A stretch of 64,000 bases of DNA from Nitrospirota bacterium (lineage in GTDB: Bacteria > Nitrospirota > UBA9217). Shown piece by piece: positions 44,070-54,286 of the stretch. Under the pieces are notes generated by a model. That model worked only from the letters and a program-made list of their open reading frames with translations, did not search any database and had not been told where the DNA came from. The stretch covers positions 32,001-96,000 of the forward strand of contig CAVWHO010000020.1 in assembly GCA_963754875.1 (NCBI GenBank), in the 5' to 3' direction. Positions within the stretch are counted from its first letter, which is position 1. The number at the start of each line of letters is the position of its first letter. Position numbers and translations under genes: made by a program.

Positions 44070-44516
44070 GTGGCACTCACAGCTCCCGAATCTCTGAAAC
44101 GTGAACATGAGGAACTTCATGCGGACCTTGTCGCCGCGACCAAGGCGGGTGGGAAGACCGGCCTTGCTGCGCAGGCAGTCGCACAGGCGCTCCATCCCCA
44201 TTTTTTAAAGGAGGAGGAGTACGCAATGCCGCCGCTTGGCCTCCTGGCGCAGATCGCGAAAGGCGACGTGCCGCCTGACAGCGGCGCGGTCATAGCAATG
44301 ACCGATGAACTGAAGAAGGACCTCGGACACATGCTCCACGAGCATAAGGCTATTGTTATTCAGCTTCACCGGCTTATGGAAGATGCAAAGAGCGAACGAA
44401 GGGACGAATACGTCCATCTGGCGGAACGGCTTATGCTGCACGCCCGGACCGAGGAGGAAGTTTTGTATCCTGCCGCCATTTTGATCGGAGAGTATCTGAA
44501 ACTGAAAAAAGGATGA
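44070..44516 (+). CDS. Hemerythrin-like (HHE) domain protein
   Basis: 'EHEELH', 'HFLKEEE', 'EHKAI', 'HARTEEEVLYPAA'. Confidence 0.8.
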   Translation: MALTAPESLKREHEELHADLVAATKAGGKTGLAAQAVAQALHPHFLKEEEYAMPPLGLLAQIAKGDVPPDSGAVIAMTDELKKDLGHMLHEHKAIVIQLHRLMEDAKSERRDEYVHLAERLMLHARTEEEVLYPAAILIGEYLKLKKG

Positions 44517-44533
44517 AAGGAAGGTCGGCTGAC

Positions 44534-44749
44534 ATGGGGAAAAGACTATTTAAAGTAGAAGATCGATTCTGCGACGAATGCGCCCTTGCCCTGCGAAGAT
44601 TCATCGGGCATGAGGAAGGGGTTGAGGCCGTTGACGTGGAAAACAAGATGATCGCTGTTGTCTTCAATCCCGCAAAGATGCCGGAGGAACGGCTCGACAG
44701 GATCACGAAGGACAGCCTGGAGAAGCTCGGGCATAAGTTGATCGAATGA
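44534..44749 (+). CDS. Heavy-metal-associated (HMA)-like small protein
   Basis: 'FKVEDRFCDECALALRRFI...GVEAVDV'. Confidence 0.65.
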   Translation: MGKRLFKVEDRFCDECALALRRFIGHEEGVEAVDVENKMIAVVFNPAKMPEERLDRITKDSLEKLGHKLIE

Positions 44750-44824
44750 CGGTCTTTGATAGCGCAGCTGGACTACCAACAATCTTAGGCATGAACGGAC
44801 TGTTCGACGCAGGAGGAATCGACC

Positions 44825-45999
44825 ATGATTGAAAAAGCCCTCGAAGGAAGTAAACGCTATTGGGCGTGGCTTATCTTCCTGAGTATCCTGGCGCTGGTGG
44901 GGCTCTTGTACTATCTTCGACAGTTTAGTGTCGGGTTGGGCATCACCGGTCTGGGCCGGGACGTCTCATGGGGCCTGTATATCGGCCAGTTTACCTTCCT
45001 GGTCGGCGTGGCTGCCTCGGCGGTGATGCTCGTCATCCCCTACTACCTGCACGATTATCATAAGTTCAGCAAGATCGTGATACTCGGCGAATTCCTTGCG
45101 ATCTCCTCAGTCACGATGTGCATTCTGTTCATCTTCGCGGACATGGGACAGCCCATGAGGATCATGAATGTGGTCCTGCACCCCACGCCGAGTTCCATCA
45201 TGTTCTGGGATATGATCGTTCTTGTGGGATACCTTATCCTGAACATCCTGATCGGATGGGTCACCTTGGACGCCGACCGGCAAGGGGTCCCACCGCCAGG
45301 ATGGATTAAACCTTTCATCTATTTATCCATACCCTGGGCCATCAGCATTCATACGGTAACGGCATTCCTGTACGCCGGCCTTCCGGGCAGGTACTTCTGG
45401 CTCAGCGCGATCATGGCGGCCCGGTTTCTGGCCTCGGCCTTTGCCGGCGGGCCCGCCTTCCTGATTATTCTTGCCCTGATCGTTCGGAGGCTGACGAAAT
45501 TCGATCCGGGCAGGGAGCCCATTCAGGCTCTGGGGAAGATCGTGACCTATGCTATGTTCGCAAATGTCTTTTTCCTCGGGCTGGAGTTTTTTTCAGCCTT
45601 CTACAGCAGCATCCCCGAGCACACGGTATCGTTCAAGTATCTCTATGTCGGTCTCGAAGGGCATCGTGAGTTGGTGCCTCTTATGAGGGTTTCATCAATC
45701 TTTGCGGTCCTGTCGCTGGTGATGTTGCTCATACCTTCTTTGCGGAATAAATGAGGGATCGCTCGTGATCGCCTGCATCCTGCTCTTCATCTCCCTCTGG
45801 ATCGACAAAGGATTCGGGCTGGTCATCGGCGGTTTCATTCCGAATCCCATGGGACCAGGTGCGTACCTACTGGCCGACCTTGCCCGAGATGTGGATAACG
45901 ATCGGCATCTGGTCCACGGGACTCTTGATCCTGAGCATGCTCTACAAAATTGCCGTTTCCGTCAGAATTGAGACTCAAGGCATTGAGATTAAGCATTAG
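44825..45999 (+). CDS. dsrP: NrfD/PsrC-family membrane protein, DsrP-like; frameshifts near 45750, 45852 and 45920
   Basis: 'GLGITGLGRDVSWGLYIGQFTFLVGVAASAVMLVIPYYLHD', 'SIPWAISIHTVTAF', then 'WIDKGFGLVIGGFIPNP...YWPTLPE'. Confidence 0.75.
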
Positions 46000-46083
46000 T
46001 TCATGATACTTAGGCAGTATTGAACGGTATTTAGCCGGATCGTCACGTTCAAAGGATGAGGAGCAGGTCTGAAGAAACTTCCC

Positions 46084-47373
46084 ATGGAAAATGAAGAATT
46101 CCGAATACTGAATCGCCTTCAGACCTTCACGCGCACTTTTCCCATTGCAGCCGCAATGCTGGACCGAAACATGCACTACATGGCAGTAAGCGACCGCTGG
46201 CTGGAAACCTTCCACTTAGTCGGCCAGATTCTCATGGGACGCAGTCATTATGATATTTTTCCCGAAACGAGCGACGACTGGAAAGCTCTTTATAACCGCA
46301 GCATGGCAGGCGGACATGAAATCCGGGAAGGGAACCGCATCGATCGCGAGGACGGCTCGACTCAATGGCTCAGATGGGAAGTCGTTCCGTGGCTTGATGA
46401 AGAAGAGAGCGAAACAGGCGGAATTATCATAAGCGTTGAAGATATTACCGAACGAAAAAAGACCGAGGACGCTCTCAAACGTAGCGAAACACGCTTCCGG
46501 CAGTTGCTCGAGTTCGCCCCGGACGGAATAGTCGTAGTCAACGAACAGCATGAGATCATTATGGTCAATGGCCGGACACGGCAATTGACCGGCTACTCCA
46601 GTGAAGAACTGATCCAACAGCCGATCGAAAAGCTCGTTCCTGATGAAATCTCTGTCGTGCATGTGGGGTGGAGAAATGAATTCGTACAGGGACTTCGCCC
46701 GAACGCGCACAAACGCGGTGAGAGCAGCGAACTCTTTTGCCGACGTAGGGATGGATCGACGTTTCCTGCCGATATCAGCGTCAGCCCCCTTGCCGGTGAT
46801 GAAGGGCCGATGGTATTTGCAATTATTCGGGACATAACTGAACGCAAGAAACTCGAAGAAATACTGCGAAAACTATCAATAACAGATGGACTGACAGGGC
46901 TGGCCAATCGGCGCGCTTTCGATGAAGCAATCGAGCTTGAGTGGAGGCGGGCCGTCCGAGCCGGGACCCCGATAGCGCTCATCATGATAGACATCGACAA
47001 TTTCAAAAAATTAAACGACACTTACGGACATCCTGCCGGCGATGAATGCCTGAGAATTATCGGCAAGGTGCTCAAAAATATGATCCGTCGGGCCGGCGAT
47101 CTCGCGGCCCGGTACGGCGGAGATGAGTTCGTTCTTCTGTTGCCTGCTACTAATGTAAGCGAGTCACAAAAAATAGCTGAAGAAATAAGATCTACTTTAG
47201 CAATGACGAAGATATTGCCCGGTGGAAGGGACACAGGCTTTTTTGCACGGCTCAGTATTGGTATTAGTGCAGTTGTACCGAACCAGGGTGCCTCTGCCGA
47301 AGGGCTGCTCGCAATAGCGGACCAGGCTCTGTATCGGGCAAAACAATCGGGGAAAAACCGAATAGCAAGCTGA
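46084..47373 (+). CDS. PAS-PAS-GGDEF diguanylate cyclase
   Basis: Two PAS/PAC domains; 'DIDNFKKLNDTYGHPAGD'; RAGD I-site; 'ARYGGDEF'. Confidence 0.92.
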   Translation: MENEEFRILNRLQTFTRTFPIAAAMLDRNMHYMAVSDRWLETFHLVGQILMGRSHYDIFPETSDDWKALYNRSMAGGHEIREGNRIDREDGSTQWLRWEVVPWLDEEESETGGIIISVEDITERKKTEDALKRSETRFRQLLEFAPDGIVVVNEQHEIIMVNGRTRQLTGYSSEELIQQPIEKLVPDEISVVHVGWRNEFVQGLRPNAHKRGESSELFCRRRDGSTFPADISVSPLAGDEGPMVFAIIRDITERKKLEEILRKLSITDGLTGLANRRAFDEAIELEWRRAVRAGTPIALIMIDIDNFKKLNDTYGHPAGDECLRIIGKVLKNMIRRAGDLAARYGGDEFVLLLPATNVSESQKIAEEIRSTLAMTKILPGGRDTGFFARLSIGISAVVPNQGASAEGLLAIADQALYRAKQSGKNRIAS

Positions 47374-47535
47374 CGCATGAAACTAGGCAGCTCCTTCTTT
47401 TTGATTTGATGATCGTTTTCCAAACCGGAATCACTTGATTTCGTACGAATTGCATCTTTTCTTCCCTTACCCCTCTAATACCTACGACCCATTGACTCAA
47501 AGTTTCATGAAGTGATAACATTTACTTAGAGGAGG

Positions 47536-47919
47536 TTGCATACTGTGATAATAACAAAACGCGTCTATGAACCGCCGTCTCGTGACGACGGCAAAAGAAT
47601 ACTTGTCGATCGGCTATGGCCAAGAGGTCTGGAAAAAAAAGCTGCTCAGGTGGATGAATGGATGAAAGATGTCGCTCCGAGCAGCGAACTCCGGAAATGG
47701 TTCGGCCATGATCCCGAAAAATGGGCCGAGTTCAAACAGCGCTTTTTTAAAGAACTTCAGGGGAAACAGGAACAGCTCGAGCGGATCGCTGACTTTGCCC
47801 AAAAAGGACGGGTTACCTTGCTGTTCGGGTCAAAGGAAGAACGCTTTAACAACGCATCAGCCCTGAAAGAATACTTGGAAGCTCGGATGAAAGCTTCTGA
47901 AAGGAAAAAAGCCGCATGA
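47536..47919 (+). CDS. DUF488 (YeaO-like) protein
   Basis: 'KRVYEP...DGKRILVDRLWPRG...APSSELRKWFGHDPEKW'. Confidence 0.9.
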   Translation: MHTVIITKRVYEPPSRDDGKRILVDRLWPRGLEKKAAQVDEWMKDVAPSSELRKWFGHDPEKWAEFKQRFFKELQGKQEQLERIADFAQKGRVTLLFGSKEERFNNASALKEYLEARMKASERKKAA

Positions 47920-47937
47920 TACGCGACGACCTTTTCA

Positions 47938-48870
47938 TTGCTGAGCATGGAGCAAATCACGCTGCACATAAAACCACGATCGCCTTTTCGGTTGGATCTG
48001 ACGGTATGGGCGCTACGGCGTCAACCGCACAACAAAATCGATCTGTGGGACGGTAAGACCTACACACGGATCTTTGTTATGGACGGCCTGCAGTTCAAGG
48101 TAGAGGTGACGCAGAAAGATCCAGGGGACAATTCTTGAGTCTCCGTGCTTGTTTCAGGCCATAAGCTCGTCACAGACCAAGTAAAAAGAGCGACCACCGT
48201 TCTTCTCAGGAAGATCTTAGGAACTGACGTAGAGTTAGGAAAATTTTATCAAATCGCGGACAAGGATGGGGTGCTTAGTCCGCTTGCGAGCAGATTCGCC
48301 GGACTTAAGCCGCCCCGTTTTCCCACCATATTTGAAGCCCTCATTAACGCCTTTGCCTGCCAGCAACTTTCCCTTAGCGTAGGAATTACGCTCCTGAACC
48401 GATTAAGTGCAACGTATGGAGCATCTTTCGGTGACGATATCAATTCTCCCCACGCCTTTCCTACGCCGGAAGATCTTGCGAGTGCGGAACCAGCAATGCT
48501 TAGAAAGCTTGGATTCAGCCGAAATAAAGGACACGCAATCATAACCCTGGCGCAGTCCGTCCTCGACAGGAAAATCGACCTTGAGAGCCTGGAATTGATG
48601 AACGACCAGGAGGCTGTCGATGGTCTGCAGCAGATCGCCGGCGTCGGCCGCTGGTCTGCGGAGTATGTGTTGCTCAGAGGGCTGAGGCGTCTCAATATTT
48701 TTCCGGGAGATGATGTAGGAGCGCGAAATAATCTTCAACGATTTTTATCGTTGAAAGGTAAACCGGATTACGCGGCCATAAAGCGGGTAATGCTCCGCTG
48801 GAAACCGTACCAAGGGTTCGTGTATTTCCATCTTTTACTTGAGAAACTGAGGTCGAAAGGTTTTTTGTAA
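47938..48870 (+). pseudogene. alkA: AlkA-type DNA-3-methyladenine glycosylase interrupted by an in-frame TGA at 48136-48138
   Basis: Both ORFs are in the same frame; 'FEALINAFACQQLS', 'FPTPEDL', HhH-GPD 'IAGVGRWSAEYVLLRG...FPGDDVG'. Confidence 0.75.
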
Positions 48871-49103
48871 TCATGGACCGATTTTGGAGACAACTGTCGC
48901 GACAGAAAGGGGGCGATGCCTCTCACAGAAATACTAAGAAAGAGGCTGAGATGCTATGGATACTGAAACATTGAAGGAATATGTCGAAGCCTGAGTGAAT
49001 GCATCGGAGCGGAAAAGCCGCATAGTGTGACGATAATACCATACTCGGGATCGATCCTCTATGATTGAGGGCAAGTGAGTTTTTTAGAAAAGGAGGAGGA
49101 TTT

Positions 49104-49973
49104 ATGACAACCTATAGCGCCGTTAAAATCGACAATGTTAATATATTCTACCGCGAAGCGGGGCCCGCCGACGCCCCGGTGATCGTTCTTCTGCACGGCT
49201 TTCCGTCTTCGTCGCACATGTACAGGAATCTGCTGACGAAACTTGAGGACGACTTTCATCTCATCGCACCCGACTACCCGGGCTTTGGAAACAGCGACCG
49301 GCCTCTGATCGGCGAATTCGCGTACACCTTCGATCATCTGGCGGAAGTCGTGGAAAAATTCTTTCAAAAGCTGGGTCTAAAGAAATTCTCGCTCTATATG
49401 CAGGATTACGGCGGGCCCGTCGGCTTTCGTATTGCCGCGAAACATCCCGACTGGATTGCTGCGCTCATCATTCAGAACACCAATGCCTATGAAGAGGGCC
49501 TGACACCACTCTTTGAACGGTTGCGGCCGCTCTGGGAAGAACAGACGATCTCAACCGAACGACGGGTCAATAAGACCCTTCACCGGTCAGGCACGATGTG
49601 GCAGTACATCCACGGTGCTCGCGACAAGAGAAAGATTAGCCCAGATGCCTGGAACATGGACCAGTATTTTCTGGACCAGCCCCAGAGCCATTTCATCCAG
49701 TTCAAACTGCAGGCGGATTTCGACTCGAACCTGAAGCGCTATCCTGAATGGCAGAACTACTTTAGAACGCACCAGCCGCCGACGCTTGTCGTGTGGGGCA
49801 AGAATGACAAAATCTTCAGCCCCAAGGGCGCCGAAGCATATAAGCGCGACCTCAGGAACATCGAGGTGCATATGCTCGATACGGGTCATTTCGCCCTTGA
49901 AGAGGACTGCGATGTCATCGCAGGCCACATGAGGAGGTTCCTCAAGGCCTACGAACGGGAAAAAGCAGCTTAA
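49104..49973 (+). CDS. Alpha/beta hydrolase (epoxide hydrolase/haloalkane dehalogenase-like)
   Basis: 'LLHGFPSSSHM', nucleophile 'QDYGGP', 'WGKND', 'TGHFALE'. Confidence 0.9.
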   Translation: MTTYSAVKIDNVNIFYREAGPADAPVIVLLHGFPSSSHMYRNLLTKLEDDFHLIAPDYPGFGNSDRPLIGEFAYTFDHLAEVVEKFFQKLGLKKFSLYMQDYGGPVGFRIAAKHPDWIAALIIQNTNAYEEGLTPLFERLRPLWEEQTISTERRVNKTLHRSGTMWQYIHGARDKRKISPDAWNMDQYFLDQPQSHFIQFKLQADFDSNLKRYPEWQNYFRTHQPPTLVVWGKNDKIFSPKGAEAYKRDLRNIEVHMLDTGHFALEEDCDVIAGHMRRFLKAYEREKAA

Positions 49974-50249
49974 ACCAATCCAGTGCTGCCTTCGCGGCTG
50001 GATTTTACCGTCTGGTGCTATGTTGCCAATTATTTAACCGACTGACCAATGAAACGGAAAGACGTAGGGGTGGGTTTTTGCCATGTCACTGTTCTTGGTC
50101 GGTTCGCAGATGTCCATTCTAAGAACCAATCGGCACACACATTTCTGAAAAAAAATCATACTCCTAATACTATAGTTATATTGACAACGAAATAGACGAT
50201 GGTAAGTTCATAACATACGGCTTTTATTCATTCGGTACGGGAGTTTATC

Positions 50250-50790
50250 ATGAAACCGGTAGCCCCCTTGATGATAGAACACAGGCTTATTGATCGCATG
50301 CTCGCGCTCCTGGCCCTGGAGCATCGCAGAATCGTTGAATCCGAAAATATTGATTATGGTTTCCTCGATGTGAGCATAGATTTCTTAAAGACCTACGTAG
50401 ATAAATATCACCACGGGAAGGAAGAAGATATCCTGTTCAGGGAACTCGACGAAAAACCGCTTTCTCCGGAAGACCGGAAAATGCTGAATGAGTTGATTGA
50501 AGAACATGGTCGTACACGAAAAGCAGTCCGAAGGCTTGAGAGCCGCACGGAGACAGCAGGCCGGTGAAAAAAATGTCATAACGGAAATCACAAGGCAAAT
50601 AGAAACTCTCACAAAGTGGTACCCTGTCCATATCGAGAAAGAAGATAAACAATTTTTTGTTTCTTCCATGAACTACCTGAGCGAGCAGGAACAGGCGACA
50701 ATGCTGGAAAAATCGAGGGAGTTCGACAGGAACTTTACGCAACATCGGTTCGAGGACATCATCACGGAACTGGAAGCAGCGAAAAAGTAG
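50250..50790 (+). CDS. Hemerythrin-domain protein, frameshift near 50540
   Basis: 'LMIEHRLI', 'HHGKEEDILF', 'EEH', then 'YPVHIEKEDKQFF'. Confidence 0.8.
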
Positions 50791-50891
50791 CTGTTGGTCA
50801 TCCGGGAATCCTCTTCGGTAATGCTGATTCACCGGCATGACGGCTCATTTTACAACGGATTGCTTTTAAAATTCAGAAAGGGAGGCATGAC

Positions 50892-51314
50892 ATGGTACAA
50901 AAAGCGAGCACGAAGCTGACGGAGATGATGAACCAGGCTCTCGCCGCCGAACTGCAGGCGATCATTCAGTACCAGTGGCATCACGTGATGGTCAAGGGGA
51001 TGTATTCCGTCGAGTTGTCAGAAGTTTTCAAGAAGGCATCTATGGTGGAAATGAGGCATGCTGAAGAGATCGCGGAACGGCTGAATTATTTTGCCGTTGT
51101 GCCTACGATCAAGCCCGGTCCCATCGCGATCGGGGGTGACGCACCAACGATGATCAGGGCAGATGTCAAGGCGGAGGAAGAGGCTATCACGCTGTACAAG
51201 ACCATAATCAACCAGGCGGCCTCTGAGGGGGACGAAACGACGAGGCTCCTTTTTGAGGAGATCCTTTCCGACGAAGAAGACCACCATGATACATTTACTA
51301 CACTGCTTGGATAA
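50892..51314 (+). CDS. Ferritin-like/bacterioferritin-type diiron protein
   Basis: 'AELQAIIQY', 'EMRHAE', 'EEEAITLY', 'DEEDHHD'. Confidence 0.88.
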   Translation: MVQKASTKLTEMMNQALAAELQAIIQYQWHHVMVKGMYSVELSEVFKKASMVEMRHAEEIAERLNYFAVVPTIKPGPIAIGGDAPTMIRADVKAEEEAITLYKTIINQAASEGDETTRLLFEEILSDEEDHHDTFTTLLG

Positions 51315-51341
51315 CTGATCACTTATTTTCACTTGGAAGCA

Positions 51342-51484
51342 ACTTTGACGAACTCGTAAAAATTTGTTTTTCACACGAAGGCACAGAGAACACGAAGAAA
51401 ATATAATTGATAATAAAAGATTCTTCTCTTTGTGGCTTCGTGGCTTTGTGTGAGGCAAGACTTTTTACGAATTTATCAACTTTG
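51342..51484. repeat. Nested inverted-repeat element (MITE-like)
   Basis: TTGACGAACTCGTAAAAA...TTTTTACGAATTTATCAA encloses TCACACGAAGGCAC...GTGGCTTTGTGTGA. Confidence 0.6.
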
Positions 51485-51526
51485 ATAAAGAATTAACCGC
51501 AACTTGGAAAAGGTAGGAAGAAAAAT

Positions 51527-51896
51527 ATGAATAGTGATCAACTTTATCTCGGAAGCAACAAAAGAAATATCTGAAAAGAGAGCTGCCTTTGCTCCGGAAA
51601 TAATGGAGGCATTCCGTAACTTTAGCAAAAAAGTCTTTAAAGAGGGCGCTCTTCCCGAAAAAACGAAACAGCTTATCGCCGTGGCAGTGGCGCATGTAAC
51701 TCAATGTCCTTATTGCATTCACGACCATACCGCACAGGCCATGAGAAAAGGAGCCAGCAAAGAAGAAATTATGGAAGCCATTTGGGTGGCTTCTGAAATG
51801 CGGGCCGGAGCAGCTTATGCTCATGCTGCATTGGCAATAGATGAAAAAAAAACCATAGAAGGCCACTATGATTTATTTACGACCTTGCTCGGATAA
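51527..51896 (+). CDS. Carboxymuconolactone decarboxylase/AhpD-family protein (CPYC); probable frameshift near the start
   Basis: 'GALPEKTKQLIAVAVAHVTQCPYCIHDH...EEIMEAIWVASEMRAGAA'. Confidence 0.85.
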
Positions 51897-52057
51897 GTGA
51901 TCTGTTTCTTGAAGTGGAAACGAATTCGAAAAAAAATAAAAATTTTTGTATTTCCAGAACACGTGAAAACACCGCTTAAACGCCGTTGCCTGAAAAATCT
52001 TCTTGTGCTGTTGTTTTGTTTAAGCGCAGGTAAAAAGAAAGATGCCGGGCGGACAGT

Positions 52058-52537
52058 ATGACAACGAATGCAAACAGCCGACCGCCGCTACCGCCGTTCA
52101 ATCGGGAAACCGCGGTCCAGAAGGTACGTATGGCCGAGGATGGTTGGAATTCACGCGATCCCGAGCGGGTATCGCTTGCCTACACGGTTGACAGCAGATG
52201 GAGGAACCGGGCCGAATTCATTTCAGGACGCGAGGAGATCGTCAGGTTCCTGCAGCGCAAATGGGCAAAGGAGCTCGACTACCGGCTCATCAAGGAAGTA
52301 TGGGCGTTTCATGAAGCGCGGATAGCGGTACGCTTCGCGTATGAGTGGCACGACGACGCGGGCAATTGGTTCCGGTCGTACGGCAACGAGAACTGGGAGT
52401 TCGACGAATACGGACTGATGCGCGTCCGTCTTGCGAGCATCAACGATCTCCCGATCAAAGAAGCGGACCGGAAATACCGCTGGCCGCTGGGTAGACGTCC
52501 CGATGATCATCCCGGGCTTTCGGATCTTGGACTCTGA
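52058..52537 (+). CDS. DUF1348/SnoaL-like (NTF2 fold) protein
   Basis: '[24 protein letters not shown]', '[13 protein letters not shown]'. Confidence 0.9.
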   Translation: MTTNANSRPPLPPFNRETAVQKVRMAEDGWNSRDPERVSLAYTVDSRWRNRAEFISGREEIVRFLQRKWAKELDYRLIKEVWAFHEARIAVRFAYEWHDDAGNWFRSYGNENWEFDEYGLMRVRLASINDLPIKEADRKYRWPLGRRPDDHPGLSDLGL

Positions 52538-52618
52538 TCAAGGGTTATCTGTCAGTTACGAAATTGGTCAGGTATAATAAATTAAAGACTACAACTCAAA
52601 TAGAAGGAGGAAGAGAAA

Positions 52619-53263
52619 ATGAAGAAAAGATTGTTTAAGATGGCAGTTGTATTTTTAGGAGTGTTCATAGTACTTGCGGCACCGTATTCTTTTGCCAAGG
52701 AAAAGAAGGTGGCAGTCAAATTCAACCACAAAACGGTCGAGTTGCAGCTTGCGCTCCGTGATCTATGGGTGGGTCACATATTCTGGGTCAGGAACGTAGT
52801 CCTGGCGACGAAGTACGGAGACGCCGATGCCGCGAAGGCTGCCGAGGACAAGGTGGTAGAGAATGCAAAAGCGATAGGCGAAGCCATCGTCCCGATTTAC
52901 GGTAAAGAGGCAGGCGACAAACTCTTTGGCCTTCTGGCCGGGCATTACGGCGCGGTCAAGGATTACATGACCGCTGCTTTCGCCGGCAACGCCGATGCCA
53001 AGGGTGCGGCCGTTGAGAAGCTCAAAAAGAACGCCGAGGAAATTGCGACGTTCCTGAGCTCGGCGAACCCTAACTGGCCCAAACAGACGCTCGTCGACCT
53101 GTTGATGGCCCATGGCGCCCATCATGTTGCTCAGATCGACCAGGTCAATATTAAAGACTTCGCAGCTGAAGCGAAGACCTGGGATGATATGAGAAAGCAT
53201 ATTTATGTGATCGCCGACGCTCTGGCGGGCGGCATTGTGAAACAGTTCCCCAAAAAGTTCTAA
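52619..53263 (+). CDS. Exported all-alpha hypothetical protein with His/Met residues
   Basis: Signal peptide ending SFA; 'LRDLWVGHIFWVRN', 'LAGHYG', 'LMAHGAHH', 'MRKH'; AAGGAGG RBS. Confidence 0.75.
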   Translation: MKKRLFKMAVVFLGVFIVLAAPYSFAKEKKVAVKFNHKTVELQLALRDLWVGHIFWVRNVVLATKYGDADAAKAAEDKVVENAKAIGEAIVPIYGKEAGDKLFGLLAGHYGAVKDYMTAAFAGNADAKGAAVEKLKKNAEEIATFLSSANPNWPKQTLVDLLMAHGAHHVAQIDQVNIKDFAAEAKTWDDMRKHIYVIADALAGGIVKQFPKKF

Positions 53264-53413
53264 AACGAAGATCAGAACTTCCGCTGAGCGGATTGGCGGA
53301 ACGGAAGAATGCTGCAAAACCACGGTGTGAATCAGCTGGGGAGCCGGCGGTGAAAAATGTTTGCAGCATTCATCCGTTTTCTTACAGTCGCAGAACGCCA
53401 GGGAGTTTCATCG

Positions 53414-54286
53414 ATGACCACAAGAGGCGCATTTCTCCAATTCCTCAGCAGATTCTTCTGTTCGCTGCTGGCGCTGCTATACTTCGTCCTCCCGCCAACT
53501 GCATTCGCGACAACCACTGACATAGAAAAAGGGAAAGAGATCTTCAATGCCAAATGCACGCCCTGCCACACGATCGGCGGGGGAAGGAAGGTCGGTCCTG
53601 ATCTCCGGGGCGTAACGGCCGATCACCCGAAGACCTGGCTTTTCTCCTTCATATCCGATCCCGATAAAATGTTCAGTGCGAACGACCCCATGGCAACCGG
53701 TTTGCTGAAAGAATACAAATGAAGATGCCGAATTTGGGGCTGTCGGCCGAAGACGTCAATGCTGTTATCAGTTATCTTGAAACGCAGGCAGGCGCCGAAC
53801 AAAAGACTGCTGCACCAAGTCAGGTAGAAGCGAAAGGACCGTCACCTGCTGCAGATGCTGAGCGAGGGGGAAAATATTTTTCCGGACAGCTCGTATTCAA
53901 GAATAACGGTCCGGCGTGCATGGCCTGTCATACCGTGGCAGGTATCAAGTTCTGGGGCGGCGGCACCCTCGGCCCGGATTTGACGGATATTTATGCGCAG
54001 CTGGGCGAGGGAATCGTCTCCCTGCTCGTAACTGTGCCTTTCCCGACCATGAAGCCGATCTTCGACAACCATCCGTCTGTCGGAAGACGAGGCCCGTGAT
54101 CTTGCGGCTTTTCTCAGGGGGACAGCTTCCCGGCACGCTGAAAATCATACTACGCAGATCATAGTGAGTTCTTTCCTTGCCTTTGTCATTCTGATGATCA
54201 TCATCCTCGTCCTTTGGCGGAACCGGCTCACGAGCGTCCGTAAGGCATTAGTGGAGAGGGCAGAGCGGGAGGATAATATTCGATGA
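53414..54286 (+). CDS. Membrane-anchored diheme cytochrome c (NarC-like); frameshifts near 53718 and 54075
   Basis: Signal peptide; CTPCH...GPDL...KMP; CMACH...GPDL...FPTM; C-terminal TM helix; ATGA overlap with narG. Confidence 0.8.

Noticed and set aside
48136..48180. In-frame TGA in alkA followed by a weak hairpin, considered as selenocysteine recoding
   Set aside because: The position is in a variable N-terminal region with no Cys-type catalytic role known for AlkA. A nonsense mutation or sequencing error is more parsimonious.
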